The notes under the pieces: model-generated
The model's database searches: none
What the model saw: only the letters and a program-made list of their open reading frames with translations
What the model was told of the DNA's origin: nothing
In this document: positions 46,756 to 61,340 of the stretch, one piece after another
Numbering within the stretch: the first letter of the stretch is position 1
Layout of the letters: the number at the start of each line of letters is the position of its first letter
Origin: the human T2T-CHM13v2.0 reference genome, Homo sapiens
DNA length: 64,000 nucleotides
Direction: 5' to 3' (one strand)
Assembly: GCF_009914755.1 (NCBI RefSeq)
Contig: NC_060932.1
Made by a program: the position numbers and the translations under genes

Positions 46756-47635
46756 GGCTTGTCTGTAGGGTACTTCAGTATGCAGTGGGGAGCCTAGAGA
46801 AGATGAGAACAGGAGAAATGAGTCAGAATGTGTTCAAAGCAGGTTGGCATCCTACAACACGCATGCCATTGTTGTGGCATTCCACGGCTCCAGTTGTCCT
46901 TACCTTATTATTGTGCCCTGCTTCAGTTGACGGTCTATAAACCAACTGTCTCTGCACAGACACAGTCCACTGGAGAGAAATCTAAAGCTAAAGCAATGCA
47001 AGGCTATCACCTCACCAGGAGAAAATGTTTACTCTGCCTTATCAATACCTGGATTTATAGCATACTGCAAATAACCTGTAGAATGCTGGTTGATCACAAA
47101 AAGGCCACACCCAAGAAACTGTGAAAAAACAAGACAATTGCAAAGCTTGTGCTTTAAAATATACCTATGCATCTCCTTTAAAAGGTTGGGGGATTTGGCA
47201 ATTGGATGGTTAGTTAGTCCCTCAGGAATAGCTAGACAGATTCAATAGTTATTCCACCTTTGACTAGTTTGAAGTATCCTTTCTAGGTTCCTGCACTGCA
47301 GAGCAGTGAGCCTTTGTGTGGCTTGGCCTTGAGGTTAATACAAGCGAAACTCTTAGAGCTATATCTGGCACATAGTAAGTGCTCATTAACCAAGCACCAT
47401 TCTTTTCTTCTCTTCTTGGCTTTCCAAAGATTCTACAATACTGGTATTACCTTTCCAATTAAAAAAATTATAATAAGTTGCTGATTCTCCCCAAAGGAAG
47501 CACAAATTCCTCACTTGGAAATAATTCCCTGCAAAACTGGCTTTATGGACCAGAAGCAATTTCTAAACCTGATAACAGGTTTAGAATGAGGGGGGCTTTA
47601 ACAACTGTATGGACTACTGGGAGAAGCTCCAATCA

Positions 47636-48016
<381 letters not shown>

Positions 48017-48096
48017 CTAGAGAAACTAAGGCAAATGAATGCCAAGAGTCACACAGCTGATGAGTAACAGTGTTGTGATTCAAAGATCAGGTTGGG

Positions 48097-48390
48097 AGAC
48101 CAGATGTGCTGGCCCATGCCTGTAATCCCAGCACTTTGGGAGGCCAAGGCAGAGGATTGCTTGAGCTCAGGAGTTTGAGACTAGCCTGGGGAACGTGGCG
48201 AAACCCCATCTCTGCAAAAAAATTAGCTGAGTGTGGTGGTGCACCACTGCAGTCCCAGCTACCTGGGAGGCTAAGGTGGGAGGATCACTTGAGACCAGGA
48301 GGTGGAGGTTGCAGTGAGCCAAGATCACACTACTGTACTCCATCTTGGGTGACAGAGCCAGACCCTGTCATAAATAAATAAATAAATAAA
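48097..48390 (+). mobile_element. AluJ
   Basis: Full Alu with (TAAA)n tail. Confidence 0.9.
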
Positions 48391-51300
48391 GGAATAAAGA
48401 TCAGGTTAGTACAATTAAATTGTGCCAGCCTCTTGGTCTCCCTTGACAATGAAATTAATTATATCCCTATTTTTTAGTGTGTTATAATCTGAGTTTTAAA
48501 ATCTGAATTAATTATCATGATTTTCTCTGTCTTCCCATAAACTCACTTGAAAAGCAGAAAGTGCTTGGTCAGCAAGAACCTTCAGAACTTTGTAGCTGAA
48601 AGGAAGTTTAGAAATCAAATAGGGGTGAGGAAGACTGGATTAAACAGATGTCTTTACCGTAGGCCTTCTCAGAGTCTTTGTTGTGCTAGCATGCACTTTG
48701 ATTCTCCAATATATAACCTTTCTCAAACTTATTTGACAATGGAATCTTTTTTCCTCAAAATTATTAAGATCTTGAGGTGTCCTGAACAACATGTAGGAAG
48801 TGGTATAATAAATCTCTAGTCCCATCCTGGGCTCACATTTTGTTCTGTAAATCCTAATTATGTCCCTGTAAGCTGAGGCCTAGAGTGACAAATCCTTCAT
48901 CTCAACTCCCTCACTACCCTGGGGAGGAGGGGAAGGCGGTTGTGGGGGGAATGGGAGGCCTACTGGGAACTCCAGGTTCCTGTTCTCTCAGGCCCTCAGC
49001 ATGTAGGGAGGGAGAAGCCAGAAACTGCAGCTGCCGCCCCAGGCCCCCAAACTCCATTCCCTTCACTGTAGCTTTGAATTCCTCCCATGTGTAATTATAA
49101 AGTATGTGTTCAGTTATTTACTTTCCCTGTTCCATGCAGAGTGTGTTACTGAATAATACAGTTCACAAGTAAATCCAACTTTTCTGCTGCAAGGTCTGAA
49201 TTAAAAAGATTATAACCTTCTATCATTCCAGTTTTAAAAGAAACCACTACTTATGTAGCTTAAAAAAAAATGGAAACAATGATTGTCTGTCCTCTCAGAA
49301 ATGCAAGCAAAATTGTAGAATTAAGATGTTTACATGGATTTTGTTGTTTCTAACAGCCTTAAATTGCCTCATTTAGGAAGGGTAAAAAATAAAATGCCCA
49401 TGTTTCTTGGATTTCCAGGAACTGAGTCTGGCAGCCGGTTCACTGTTGTCTTCTAGAATTTGAAGCAAGAAAAATTACAACCAAACTGGTGTCAATTTGC
49501 TCTATTTATCTTGGGAATTAACTTCAAAGCTTAATTGTCAGAGACAGTGACCTCTATACTCATGAAAATCCCCAGGGAATTACAAAAGCAGACTACTTGA
49601 GTGGAATGTGAATGTCATTCTGAGAACAGGCCTGCACAGCGCCTGAAGGAAAATGCTTAGCCCAAGAAGGATGGAGCTGACCCTACAAGCTTCTGTACTT
49701 CATTTCTCAACACTCAGATCAAGTTCCTAACCCACAGCTTCTGTCTGACCCATGTTTCTGCCACTGAGCTGGTTCCAGAATTGCCTGTGGATGTGCCCTG
49801 CCACAGAGAGATGAGGTATCCTTGAAATCGGCTGAGCTCAAGTGCAACCACTGACCCCACTCCACTCCTGAAGACTTCCAAGGAGATAGTGCAGTGGCCA
49901 AGGGATGAGCTGAAGTAGTTCTGCTTGTATAGGAAGGCCCCTGGGCAGTGTTTTGTCTGGAAACTTCCCCTTAATCTGGCAGAATTTGGAACAAATGTTT
50001 GGCTGAAACCATATACTATCAAATTAATAGAACAATTGTAGGATAGAGAACAATAAGTCAGAAAACAAAAATGCAAGCACACAGCTCATAAAGTCTACTT
50101 TATGGAAGTAAGTAGAATGCTGAAAAAGTACACATTGTGCTCTGTGGAATAACCACTCCTACCCCGACCCGGCCTGCGCCAGCCTGATCCCTCATGCACA
50201 TAATTAAAACAAAAGGAAGAGGAGAAGAAAATCATTTGAGCAAATAATGTCCAAGCCTCTGCTGTGGTCAGTGGTAAACCCAGATACCCAGCAGATAACA
50301 TCATGGTTGTAATGAGGTAACAGTGAACAGCCAGGAGAGGCACTGGCTTTTGATAACAGCCATTTTTGTTAAGTACAAAAAACTTTGCTGACTGGCCCCG
50401 CCCTAAATCATTGCCTTGTAAGAAAGGAGCCCTGTCAGAACAAAAACAATCATGCTGTACTAGATGACTCTGGAATACACAACAATCTCCTTTCCTGGAT
50501 ATGTCAGTGCAACTTAAGAGCCCCAACTGTGGTTAAGTATACTTTCTTTTACTCTAAAAGATAGAGCTCCTTAATTGATTTCGCCTTCACTAATGAATGG
50601 TCCCTCTTGCTCCAGGAATGTTGTTCCTTTTAACCAAAGCACAATTTTGGGTGGTACTTTAATGAAATGATGAGGTAAGTGGAGACTTGCAGTTAGCAAA
50701 CCAGATAATCCAAATAAATTCTGGTAGTCAGATACCGAAGCCAGATCAACGAAATGCCTGGATCCCCAATTGATCTAAACAGGCCTCCAGGATAGTTCAC
50801 TCCTGATGGTAACAATAATTAACAGTGGAAAATGGAAGAGATAATTTGGGAATCATGCAGAGTTTATCATCTCAGATTGGGAGCAAGTGAGAAGCCAATG
50901 AAAGGGGAAAAAAAAATAAGAGAAAATACTATGAGTAGGAAAACAGTTTTTATGATTTGGCATCTAAGAAAAACAAGGTAGTTGGGAGTAATGCTTACTG
51001 TTTTCTAAGATTTATCTATTCTTAGTTATTCCTAAGCAACATTTTGGATCAATAGTTCTCAAACAGCCAATTTAAGGACCCATGAAGGCTAGTCATTGGA
51101 GGAGGTCTTTAAATATCAATAGCTGGATTCCCAGGTCTAGCTCTAGAGCAAGTCAAGTATATAACCAGGGAAACAGTACTCCCCAGGTTTAGTAGATAAA
51201 CACTCGACTTTCAAAAACATTTGGATAGGAAGAGATAAGCAATAGGAAGCCATTGTAGGTGTTTAATGAATCAGAGGAAAGTGATTTAAAAGGGCTTTAA

Positions 51301-53324
51301 GGAAATTATCTGGCAATAGAGGCACAGTGGCCTGGAGTAGTTGTTTCCAAATTTAGTCTATAGGCATATCACCAAGGGAACTATCTTGTTAAAATTCAGA
51401 TTCTCATTCAGGAGGTCTGCTGCATTACTAAACAGCCCCCAGGTGAGGCCAATGCTCCTGGTCCTCCAGCCATACTTCGAAAAGTTAGGCCCTGGGAGGA
51501 CAGCTGGGGTTGAATGGAATTCTGATACTCAGAGGCTATTGATACAGCCAATTACTCTGCTGGAATCAAGTCACCACTTTTTCCCAGAGCCAAATTCCAG
51601 CTTCAATCTAGACTGTTACCTGGTCATAAGAGAAAGAGCCTTTTGCCTGAAATCAGTAGCCCCAGGTCTGTGCTGTGGAAAAGTCAGCTAGTTTGAGGAA
51701 ATTACTTTCCTCCTGAGCCTCTGTGGCCACATAGGTAAAATGAGAGACCTGGGTTATATCGTCTCTAAACTACATTCCATGATCCTAAATCCTCTAACTC
51801 CAACACATAGAATGGGGTCAGACCAAGTTACATGGCCTTTTCTAACTCTGCAGGTTATTAGGTATTGTATTCTAAAGAGTCAGCATGAGTATTTTACATC
51901 CTTTGGTATGTTTGTTGTAAAACATATGTGTCCTTCCTATGTATCAGTTGTGTACATTACTATTTAGACATGTAATAACACCCTAAAAAAGCGAAATACA
52001 TTTGTATGTGGGGAGTTGATAAAAGAAAATACTATTGTATACAGACCGAAAAACATTATCCTTTATTTTTAAAATATTGTAAGCACTGGCATAAACAAGG
52101 CATAGCTTACAGATGTGTGTAAATCTGCACAAATTGTGCACATTTACTATTTGGAGGGGGAAATGTATTTTAAAAATTGTTTGGACTATATGTCCTTTTT
52201 CTTTTTAGCAGAGTGGGGAGTCAAAAGAATTGAATTACAGGGTAGAATATAAAATATCTCCTTTAAGGAAATAAATGTGTAATAGGAACTATCTATCCAA
52301 TTCTCTCAGGCATGGGAAGCCCTTGGGGCTCATGTAAATTGTATATAAGTATGTCTTCAGTGTCACTCCAGATGTTTTTGCAGGGAAATAATCCCTCTCC
52401 CCATATATTGGCATCAACACCCTGCATGTAACCTCCATACTCAAACTTGCCCCAAGCCAAGCAGCATCCTGAAGAGTGATTCCAGGTGAGATTGGGGAGC
52501 TCTAGGCCCTTCCTGCCACCCTCCTTCCATACCTATGTTACTAAATATACTTCTAGACTTGGAAGAGAGAATAGAGCCTGTAAGTATTAACACAGGACAA
52601 GGCTCAGAAGCAAAGTTAACCCACCAGGCAGAGAGGTCAGGCCAGGACAATTTTAAATGGTAATTAAGTCTCTCCACACTTATCTTTAGAGATTGTCCTT
52701 GGGCTCTGGCTGAGCAGGGCCTTCCCTGCTGTGTGTGGGGTCTGCTTGCAGTTTTGACTCTGCCCCTCTGGGGAACCCAAGCTGCACATTTTTTTCTGCA
52801 GCCTCTGACTATGAGGTTATATTAATAAAAAGGCCATTCCTGCCTTTAGCAGTTGCCGACCAAGTCTGCTTTATATGGCAACAGAGCCAGGAAGAATCCA
52901 GGGCTTCAGTACAGGGACTTTTCCACTAGTATGTACTGTTTTGTTTCATTTCCTATTCCATCTTCCAAGGAAAAAATGAAGTCCTGCTGCAGAAGACCCA
53001 GTCACTAGGCCCACCTGACACCTAGTACATATCTGACAAAAGGAATGCTGCCATGTGGTACAAGTGGCCTTCCCCAACAATCCCCAGCCAGGTTCCTGAA
53101 ACCTCTCTTTTCCAAGTCCGACCCACCTTCTTTGTTCACACCTCCCCACTCTAAGAAGAAAGCTGCATATCGGAAGCCACAACTAAGAGTGAACAAAAAG
53201 GGGCAAGTAGTGGCAATATGCTCAGGGGTTCCAAAGTAGAATCCTGCCAATGCATATAGTGCTTAAAACCATAAAAGCAGCAAAGGTGTCAGTGAAAACG
53301 ATGTAGAACCAATGACAGTGATTA

Positions 53325-53670
<346 letters not shown>

Positions 53671-53719
53671 ACATGACATATATAAAGAGCAAAGCACAAG
53701 CCTAGACATCCTATGGCTA

Positions 53720-54153
53720 AAACTGTTGGTTGTCTCCCTATATCCATTCTCCTTTTCTTTAGTAATAGAAGTCTGAATTTAAACTGGGCACATGGCTACC
53801 CAGAGTAAAGACTACATTTCCTAGCCTCCGTTGCAGCTAGATATGCCTGGTGACTAGGTTCTGCTTTCTGTGGAGTCTCCTTAGAGGTGGGGGTGGGGGG
53901 CTTGCCCTCCTTCATGCCTTCCTTCTTGCTGTGGGTCAGAATGCAGCTATCTTGGACCATAAAGTAAGAGTCATGGCTTGAAGTTGGTGAAAACACATGA
54001 TAGAATGAGCCCAAGTACCTGATAATGAAGAAGCTATCCACCATATTGATGCTGGCTTGTCTATATTTATGTGGGAGAAGTCAACTTCTCTGTTGTTTAA
54101 ACCCATGTTAATTTGGATTTTCTGATACACACAGCTCAATTGTATTTTAATAC
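53720..54153 (+). mobile_element. MLT1I/J LTR
   Basis: actacatttcctagcctcc.ttgcagctag.t.tg.c..gtgactaggttctg...gctatcttggaccat. Confidence 0.75.
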
Positions 54154-54600
54154 AATCTCCTTCCTCAAGGCCTCATACATCAATAGTATCCCCAAATTAA
54201 TTGCATCATTATTTCATTAGAGAATAGCATCCAAAATAATAACTTAGAAGCTTAAAACAACCTATTCATTATAGATTCACTCCATGTATTCTCTAATTGC
54301 AATTAAAACAAGATTATAATATAATGCATGGTACTGTATTCCTACTTTTCAGTAAAAAATGAAAATGTAGACATTTTCTCTTGGTAAAAGTCTTACTGTC
54401 AAAGCAGATGAGTAACTTTTTCTCTAACATTTGTTCCAACAGCTTAAATTGTATACTCTTGATAACCAGATAATAGGTATTGAGTCAAATTTCTTCCCCT
54501 TGGTTTTCTCTCCAACTTCTTACATGGATAGGAGGAATAATTTTGTAAGGTCAGTTCATGTTAATGGGTAAGAAAAAGTCATAACTACTAAGAGCATTAA

Positions 54601-54940
<340 letters not shown>

Positions 54941-57900
54941 GCATCCATGTTATTTAACCCTCAGAATATCCTTAATTTGCAGATTCAGACACAGAGGGTT
55001 CAACAAGCAACATGACTTGCCCAACATAATAGAGCTATTAACTAGGGATCTTGGATCCAGGGTTTCTGATGCATACGATATCATAATTGCCTATTTACTT
55101 GTACATCTTCCCAGTAGACCATAGCTCCAAATTCATTATTGCGTTCCCAGTACCTACCACAAGGCCTACCATACCAAACATCCTCAATAAATGTACATTA
55201 AATGAATTACCAACTCTAAAATACCACTCTGCTATTGCTCCCTTGCTCTGCAAGTGTTCTACAAACCAATGCCCTTAATATATTCCAGGTCACTCCCAGG
55301 CCATATGGCTTGTCAAGAGAATGTGGTCAATGATGAGACAGAGGGGGAGCAGGACTAGTGAACACACCCATATGACACACTTGTTCTCCACACTCTCCTG
55401 GGCCTGGGCGGGCCCACCACGTAGGGCATTTGGATGTGTGCCTCATGGCCTGGGAGACAACTTGCACTTAGTGTACTTTTCCAGGAAAAGAAAAAGACAA
55501 CCATGGTCTAACACGTTAGAAACACTGCTGCCTGGTGTTCTGACATCATAGCATCCACCCAGTTTGATTCCTGGAGGCAAGCCCACTTGCAAAGCATGGG
55601 CCAGGGATGGTATGGGGGAAAGGACAAGGGAAGAGGGGTTTGGTGACTGAAAAGTGAAGTATGTGGCTAAGACAAGCAGTATGAGCAGACACTGTAAAGA
55701 GTGGAGGGGGGCTTCTCATACTGGTATGTCTCCAGATCCATTGAAGTTTTCTGTGTTTTGGGCTCAGAGGCAAAGATAACAGAGCTCATCACTTCTTATA
55801 AGACCAGTATTCTTTGAAACTTTGATCTGAGCTGGTCCTGCTCCAAATTCTCCCAAAAAACTATGAGGATGGGGCCAATCTAGCCGTCTGCCTCTTCCCT
55901 TACTCCTCCTCCAGCAAGGGTGCCAGAAGAAGAATGATTTGTTTTTTCTCTGTGGCTCCTTACAGTCAGGAAGTGAGAATCAGCTTGAGTGAGCTATGGT
56001 CACCAATCACAATGAAGCTACAGTGGAATTATCACCTGGCATGAAGTGAAATAACATCATTATAAAATGTTGTCTTCCAGTTGGAAAGCCAGAAGTTAAG
56101 CCTGTGCTGGCATTCACTTTCTAATAAATGGGCTGGCTTAAACATTGATTTTCTCTCCTTGACTTATAAAAATGACTAAAAATGTAAGACAGAATTCAAT
56201 AAATGTTTTAAAGATTGCCATTAAATACAAATACTTTAACAATTTAACAAAACCAAGGGGATCCAACCTTAAAATTCCACCTTCCTTGTCCTCACTTCTA
56301 CCCCCAAGTCAGGATGAAAGTTCAAGGTTTCAAACAATAGCACAATTGCCTCTTACCTGGTACATAGTAGACACTCAAGAAAACTGTTGAAAAGGAATTG
56401 TATGTGCCTTATTAGTCGGTACTTCACAGGATTTTTAGAGTTGGCTTGACTTGGATTAGATTCAAGAATAGTGTATTAGCCCTCCAGGGGAATATTCACA
56501 GGCAAACAGCTACAAGGATATACTACATTTTCCTTTGTTAAAACTTGTATCTGCATTCAAATATTGGCCTTGGCATTTCCTAAGGGCTGGCTGCTTTGAA
56601 TGTTACTATATCAAACCATCTGCACTGGGAAGCAAAATTCTGTTAAGAAATAGAATCACTGGTAGTAAAGAGATTACCACATTCCTGACCACTGTAACAT
56701 CTTATATTTTGAGAATCCCCATAAGAAAAGGTCATTTGAAAATAGCAACCCTTTGTCAAAGTGGAGATGATGAATACTTTTGTACAATTTATGACTATGG
56801 TCAGTATGAAAATTCATTTTTGTTTATATGCGTTTTCAGTGGCTTCCCTGCACTGACTCACTAAAATTAAAGCTTAAAAAAAAAAAACTAAAAAAACTTG
56901 AAAATAGATGATGACAAGAGGCTTCCAGTTAGACGGGATTTTGGGGAGGCAAAGTGCCTTCTATTGTTCACTGCCCAAAACTAGAAAATCCTGGAGGGAA
57001 GCAAATGGTCCAGTGGAGGCAGCTCTTTGGCCGAGGAGAGAAGTTCAAGTGAAGGTCCTAGAGAGAAAGTGCAAAGTGAACAATCATAAGGGAAGTTGAC
57101 TTGGCATAAGAAGACTAGAAAGTGCCAGTGTCATTCAGATTTTTAGTTGGGGGAGAAGGGAGACTATTTTATACTCCCTCAAGAAAAGCAAAGGGACTTG
57201 ATTCCATCTTAAGGTGACAAATCAGGACGCCAATGCTGGATGCACTTGAAGGTGGAGAGCTAGGCAGATTGAGGCAGCAGGAAGCAGGGTGGGAGCCAGT
57301 GTGCACCAAGTGGGTGAGGGGAACATGTGAGTCAGTTCCAGCTGTCCTCAGACCCTCCTGCCCAGCCTCAGGGTAATCCAGGGGCACAGAGACTCTGAGC
57401 CCTGGCCCACCCGTGGTCCCTCGGATTTTGACACTCCCTCACCCCCAGTGTCATGCACTCTGACCTACTGCAGGGAGGGTTGGCAAGGTGTGGGCAATGT
57501 GTGTCAAGATGTGTGTGGAAGGTGTGCAGTAGACACACAGAATCCCTAAAATGTGATGAAAATAAAAGAATGACATCGGCACGGACAAGGAAGGCAGGCA
57601 AGTGTTACAAATAGTTAGAAACTGTAAAATGAGGTGCGACATTTCCGGAAATCAGTCAGATCTAGTATTAGATAATACTAATTAACAACAACTGGCCGTG
57701 AAAGAAGGCACCCGCACTTTTTCTCCATTGCTCTCCCCACCATCTTATGCCGACTCCTTGCGGGGAGGGGTACAGCCTTGTTCCCCTAGGTATCCTAAGC
57801 TCGTTTCCAAGTACTTGAAGGTGCCTTTGGAAAGTCTGATGAATGAGAAATAAGTGAGCGAGTGAATGAATGAATAAGCTGCCTAAAGCAGATGCGTTTA

Positions 57901-58022
57901 TGCGTGCATTCTCTCGAGTGAAGGAAGAAGGAAGAGGTAGGGACGGAGGAGGAGAGAGAGCACGCGCGGGAAAGATAAATCGCGCCCGCCCGCGATGGAC
58001 CCCAATGTCAATCTGATCTAGG

Positions 58023-58198
58023 TTAGTGGTTCTCAAACTTTACCATGCATCAGAATCACCTGGAGGGCTTGCTCAAACACAGATTGCCAGGCCCCACTCC
58101 CAGTTTCTGACTTAGTAGGTGAGGCCAGAGAGTTTGCATTTCTAACAAGTTCCAGATGATGCGAATGCTGTTGGACCACACTTTAAGAACCGCTGCTC
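58023..58198. mobile_element. MER5A
   Basis: agtggttctcaaacttt..catgcatcagaatcacctggagggcttg...gaccacactttaagaaccgctgct. Confidence 0.85.
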
Positions 58199-59839
58199 TA
58201 GAGGGTAACTCGGACCTATCCCAGCGTCCCAGGGAAACGAAATCTGCAGTGAGAAATGGAACGTCCAAGGCAATCTTCAGCCGGCCTTTTAAAAACAAGT
58301 CTGGAGACGGGAGGGTAGCGCTGCTCAGCTCCAGCCAACTCACTGCCGCGTAGGAACGGAGGTCATCGGAAATCAAGATTTCCGTTTGAATTTTCCCAAA
58401 GTTTAAGCGTTGGCAAGTGCGTTGAAAAACACACACAATATGAAAGCCTAATAAAAATATAGGTTTGCAGACCGTGCCCTAGTCTTTTCCGAGGATGTTC
58501 TTTTCTGTCATCCATCGTCTACCCACGTTGAGCACGACAGCCGGGCCAGTCCCGCCCTGGGCGGTTGGGGCCTTCCCAGAGGGGCCCGGTGCGGAGAGCC
58601 CCCCTCTCCCCGGATGTGTCTGGGGCCTGTCCTTCACTGCGATGTCATCGGTAAACCTGGTCTTCCTTGTCACGGACACTGAAGCGCTTGGTTCGAAAAG
58701 CACCATGAATTCGAAGCAGCCTTGGACGCGGGATCATGGGCGTTAGCCTGGCTCTCTCCGACGAGGCAAACTGCAGGAGATCCCCTTCCCTGGAGTCACC
58801 GGAAGGCGAAAGCACGCTCTGTGCCCGCGCGCCGCCCCGGGAGCCCGCTCCTACCCCCTCGGCGTGCGGCGCGGGCCTGGAGACCGCGGAGCCCGAGCCG
58901 TATCCAGCTTGTGCAGGAGCCGGTGCGCCCTTCCGCCCGCTCCTCCCCCGGGACCATCCTCACGCTCCAGGGTCGCGGAGGCATCTTGCGACTAGCGAGG
59001 GGCTGACGGTGGCCTGGGTGGCCTTGCGCCGGCTCTGGGCTCCGCCGCTGCGGCAGCCGAGGGCCTCAGCTGGGAAATCCAAACCCGGGCTGGACCTGGG
59101 CTCAAGGAGGTTTCTGTCCCCAGGCTAGACCACCACGGCCACGGCCACGCAACTTGCCCTGAGACCCCGTGCTCGGCCTTCCCACTGAGCTCCCCTTCCC
59201 TGTGACTCAGTGCCTCGCAGGCTGGTGGCCGGAAGGGTGCCTGCGGCTGGCTGGCCCGGCCCGATTCCGGGTGGCGGGGTTCCTGCAGTGAGGAACGACC
59301 CTCAGCTCCCGCAGACGCGGGAAGGCCCCCGCGCCATCCGTGGGAGTGGGGCAGCCTGTCTGCACGCGGTCCCCTGGGAAACCCCTCTGCATCTCCCGCC
59401 CGGACAAGGTCCCCGGCCTTGGAATCTGCGCCGCCCCGCACGCGACCGCCTGCGAACTCCCTGCGCTGGGGTCAGAACTGGTATCTTTCTCCTCCTCTGG
59501 GGAAGTCAGGGCAGCCCGGAGTGGCGTCGTGGGTCCGAAAAATCCGTCTCAGAAACCCACCAGGAGAAAAGGCTCTGGGGTGGGGGACACCATGTGGGGC
59601 TCCCACAAAGGACCCGACGGTGGGTGTGGAGAAGCTTATTGGCCCTGAGAATAGGCCCAGGCCCTCTCCACAGGACCCCTACCGCACACGCGACTCTTTC
59701 TCTGCAGCAAAGGGGCTCGGGCCCAGGTACAGGGAGCCGCTGGGCCGGCGGGGCAGCTGTTGGCCAAGCCCTCACGCAGCGGAGCCCACCACCGGTGTGG
59801 CCGCCCCCTCAGCCCGCGCCACGCAGAGCTCGGCCGGTG

Positions 59840-59855
59840 CCTCCAGGGGGCGCTG
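59840..59855 (+). promoter_or_regulatory. CTCF consensus motif
   Basis: CCTCCAGGGGGCGCTG closely matches the CTCF core CCNCCAGGGGGCGC. Confidence 0.6.
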
Positions 59856-61100
59856 CGGCCCTTCCCGCCGGCTGCGGACTGCAGCCCGCGGCTGCGCTTT
59901 CCCACCTCAGCCCTGCTGAGAGCACGGGCGCTGACGCGCTGTTTTAAAAGATAAAATTCTTAGCCTTTTGCCCTTGTCTCCGCACCCTCGACTCGGCCTA
60001 GTACACGCAATCCTCCTCTGGGTTCCCCAGGCGTCCTTGCTACTCCAGGGCCAGGGTGCACGCACCCTGAGCAGAGCCAAGCTCCCTACTCCTCCAGGCT
60101 CTGGCGAAAAACGGCCAACAGTGCGGGAAGTTCAAATGCAAAAGGTCCCCGCCCCGCAGAGGCAGTGGAAGGCTGAGGAGAAGGGAGGCGAGTCCCCGGA
60201 GGTAGTGGCTGGGATCCCTGGAAAAAGATAAGGTTTTCACATTGTATTCTTTAAAGATTAAAAGTTTCGAGGATCCGAGTCCGAGTGGGAGAGGCGCGCG
60301 GTCCGAGTGGGAGAGGCTGAGAGTCAACTCCAGGGAAGTCTGTGTCTGACACCTGCTCGCTGCTTAGCTGGCAGAGCCTCCTGGGTGGGCCGGGGGGCAG
60401 GGGCCTGCGCTGCGCGCCCCCTCCTCCTCCACCTCCTCCTCCGCGTTTCCTGTCCCTGGCCTTCATCCCGGCCTCCCGGGGCGTAAACTTGCAGCGGTTG
60501 GGGTTCAGGCAGCCGCTGCTCGCGCGCCCCTCGTCAGTTAGCCATTTCCCTGAGAGCGTCCTTGGTGTCGCAAGTCCAGAGCCGCGAGGACAGCAGATGA
60601 CCGGGTCAGCGGAAATTTCAGAGCCAGCCAGCAGCTCAGGTCCCCGGGGCCGCGGCAGGAATGGAACGGCTCCGCGGAGACAGCCTCGGGGGCACAGCCG
60701 GGCCACTGCAGACTCCGGGACTTCCCTCTCCGCACACCCGAAACCCACAACTCGCCCGTGGGCCGCGTGGCCTTTCTGCGCCGAGGGCTGCTGGGGGCGG
60801 GCGGCGAGCCTGGCGGGTGACCTGCTCTTGGGTGGGCCCCGCAATGCCTGCGCCCTAGACGCCGGCCGGGACGAGGGGCTGGCTGGGTCTGAGCCTGGAG
60901 AAACACAAGGGTCAGCCCCCAGTGGGCGCAGAGGTGGCCCAGGAGGGCCCGCGGACGGTGCTGCGCTGCGCTCAGCCTCCGGGCCGCTCCCCGCGTTCGG
61001 CGCGCACCTGCCCATCGAGGCGGCAGGGCCAGCAGGCGGCCTAGGCGCGGCCGGGCCACGCGGCATCCCCCAAAGCTGGAGCTCGCCGACTCTTCCCTAC

Positions 61101-61340
61101 CTTTTCAAGAGACCGTAGTCGTGCCCAGAACGCCGGCGTGGCCCAGACTCCATTTTGGAACTTCGCAGGCTGGCGTGGACGAAGTAAACACATTTATGGA
61201 AAAACCCCGGGGTTAGGAGGTTTGCGGAAAGAGGGAGCAGCTCGTGGGGTTGGAAATTCTGCCTACCCCTCGGGAAAACCAAACGGTTCTGCACCCAACG
61301 TACACATACTTAAGGGCGGGAAAGGTGTGAAGCCCGCTGC
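61101..61340 (-). other. STK3: STK3 distal first exon (5' boundary approximate)
   Basis: Donor TTGAAAAG|GTAGGG at 61101/61100 inside the CpG island; consistent with my recollection that a long STK3 variant starts about 2 kb from OSR2. Confidence 0.6.

Noticed and set aside
58479-61118. Long overlapping ORFs in the CpG island (245, 258, 271 aa and others)
   Set aside because: Pro/Gly/Ala/Arg-rich, open in several frames on both strands, with no recognisable domain; expected from stop-codon scarcity in GC-rich DNA.
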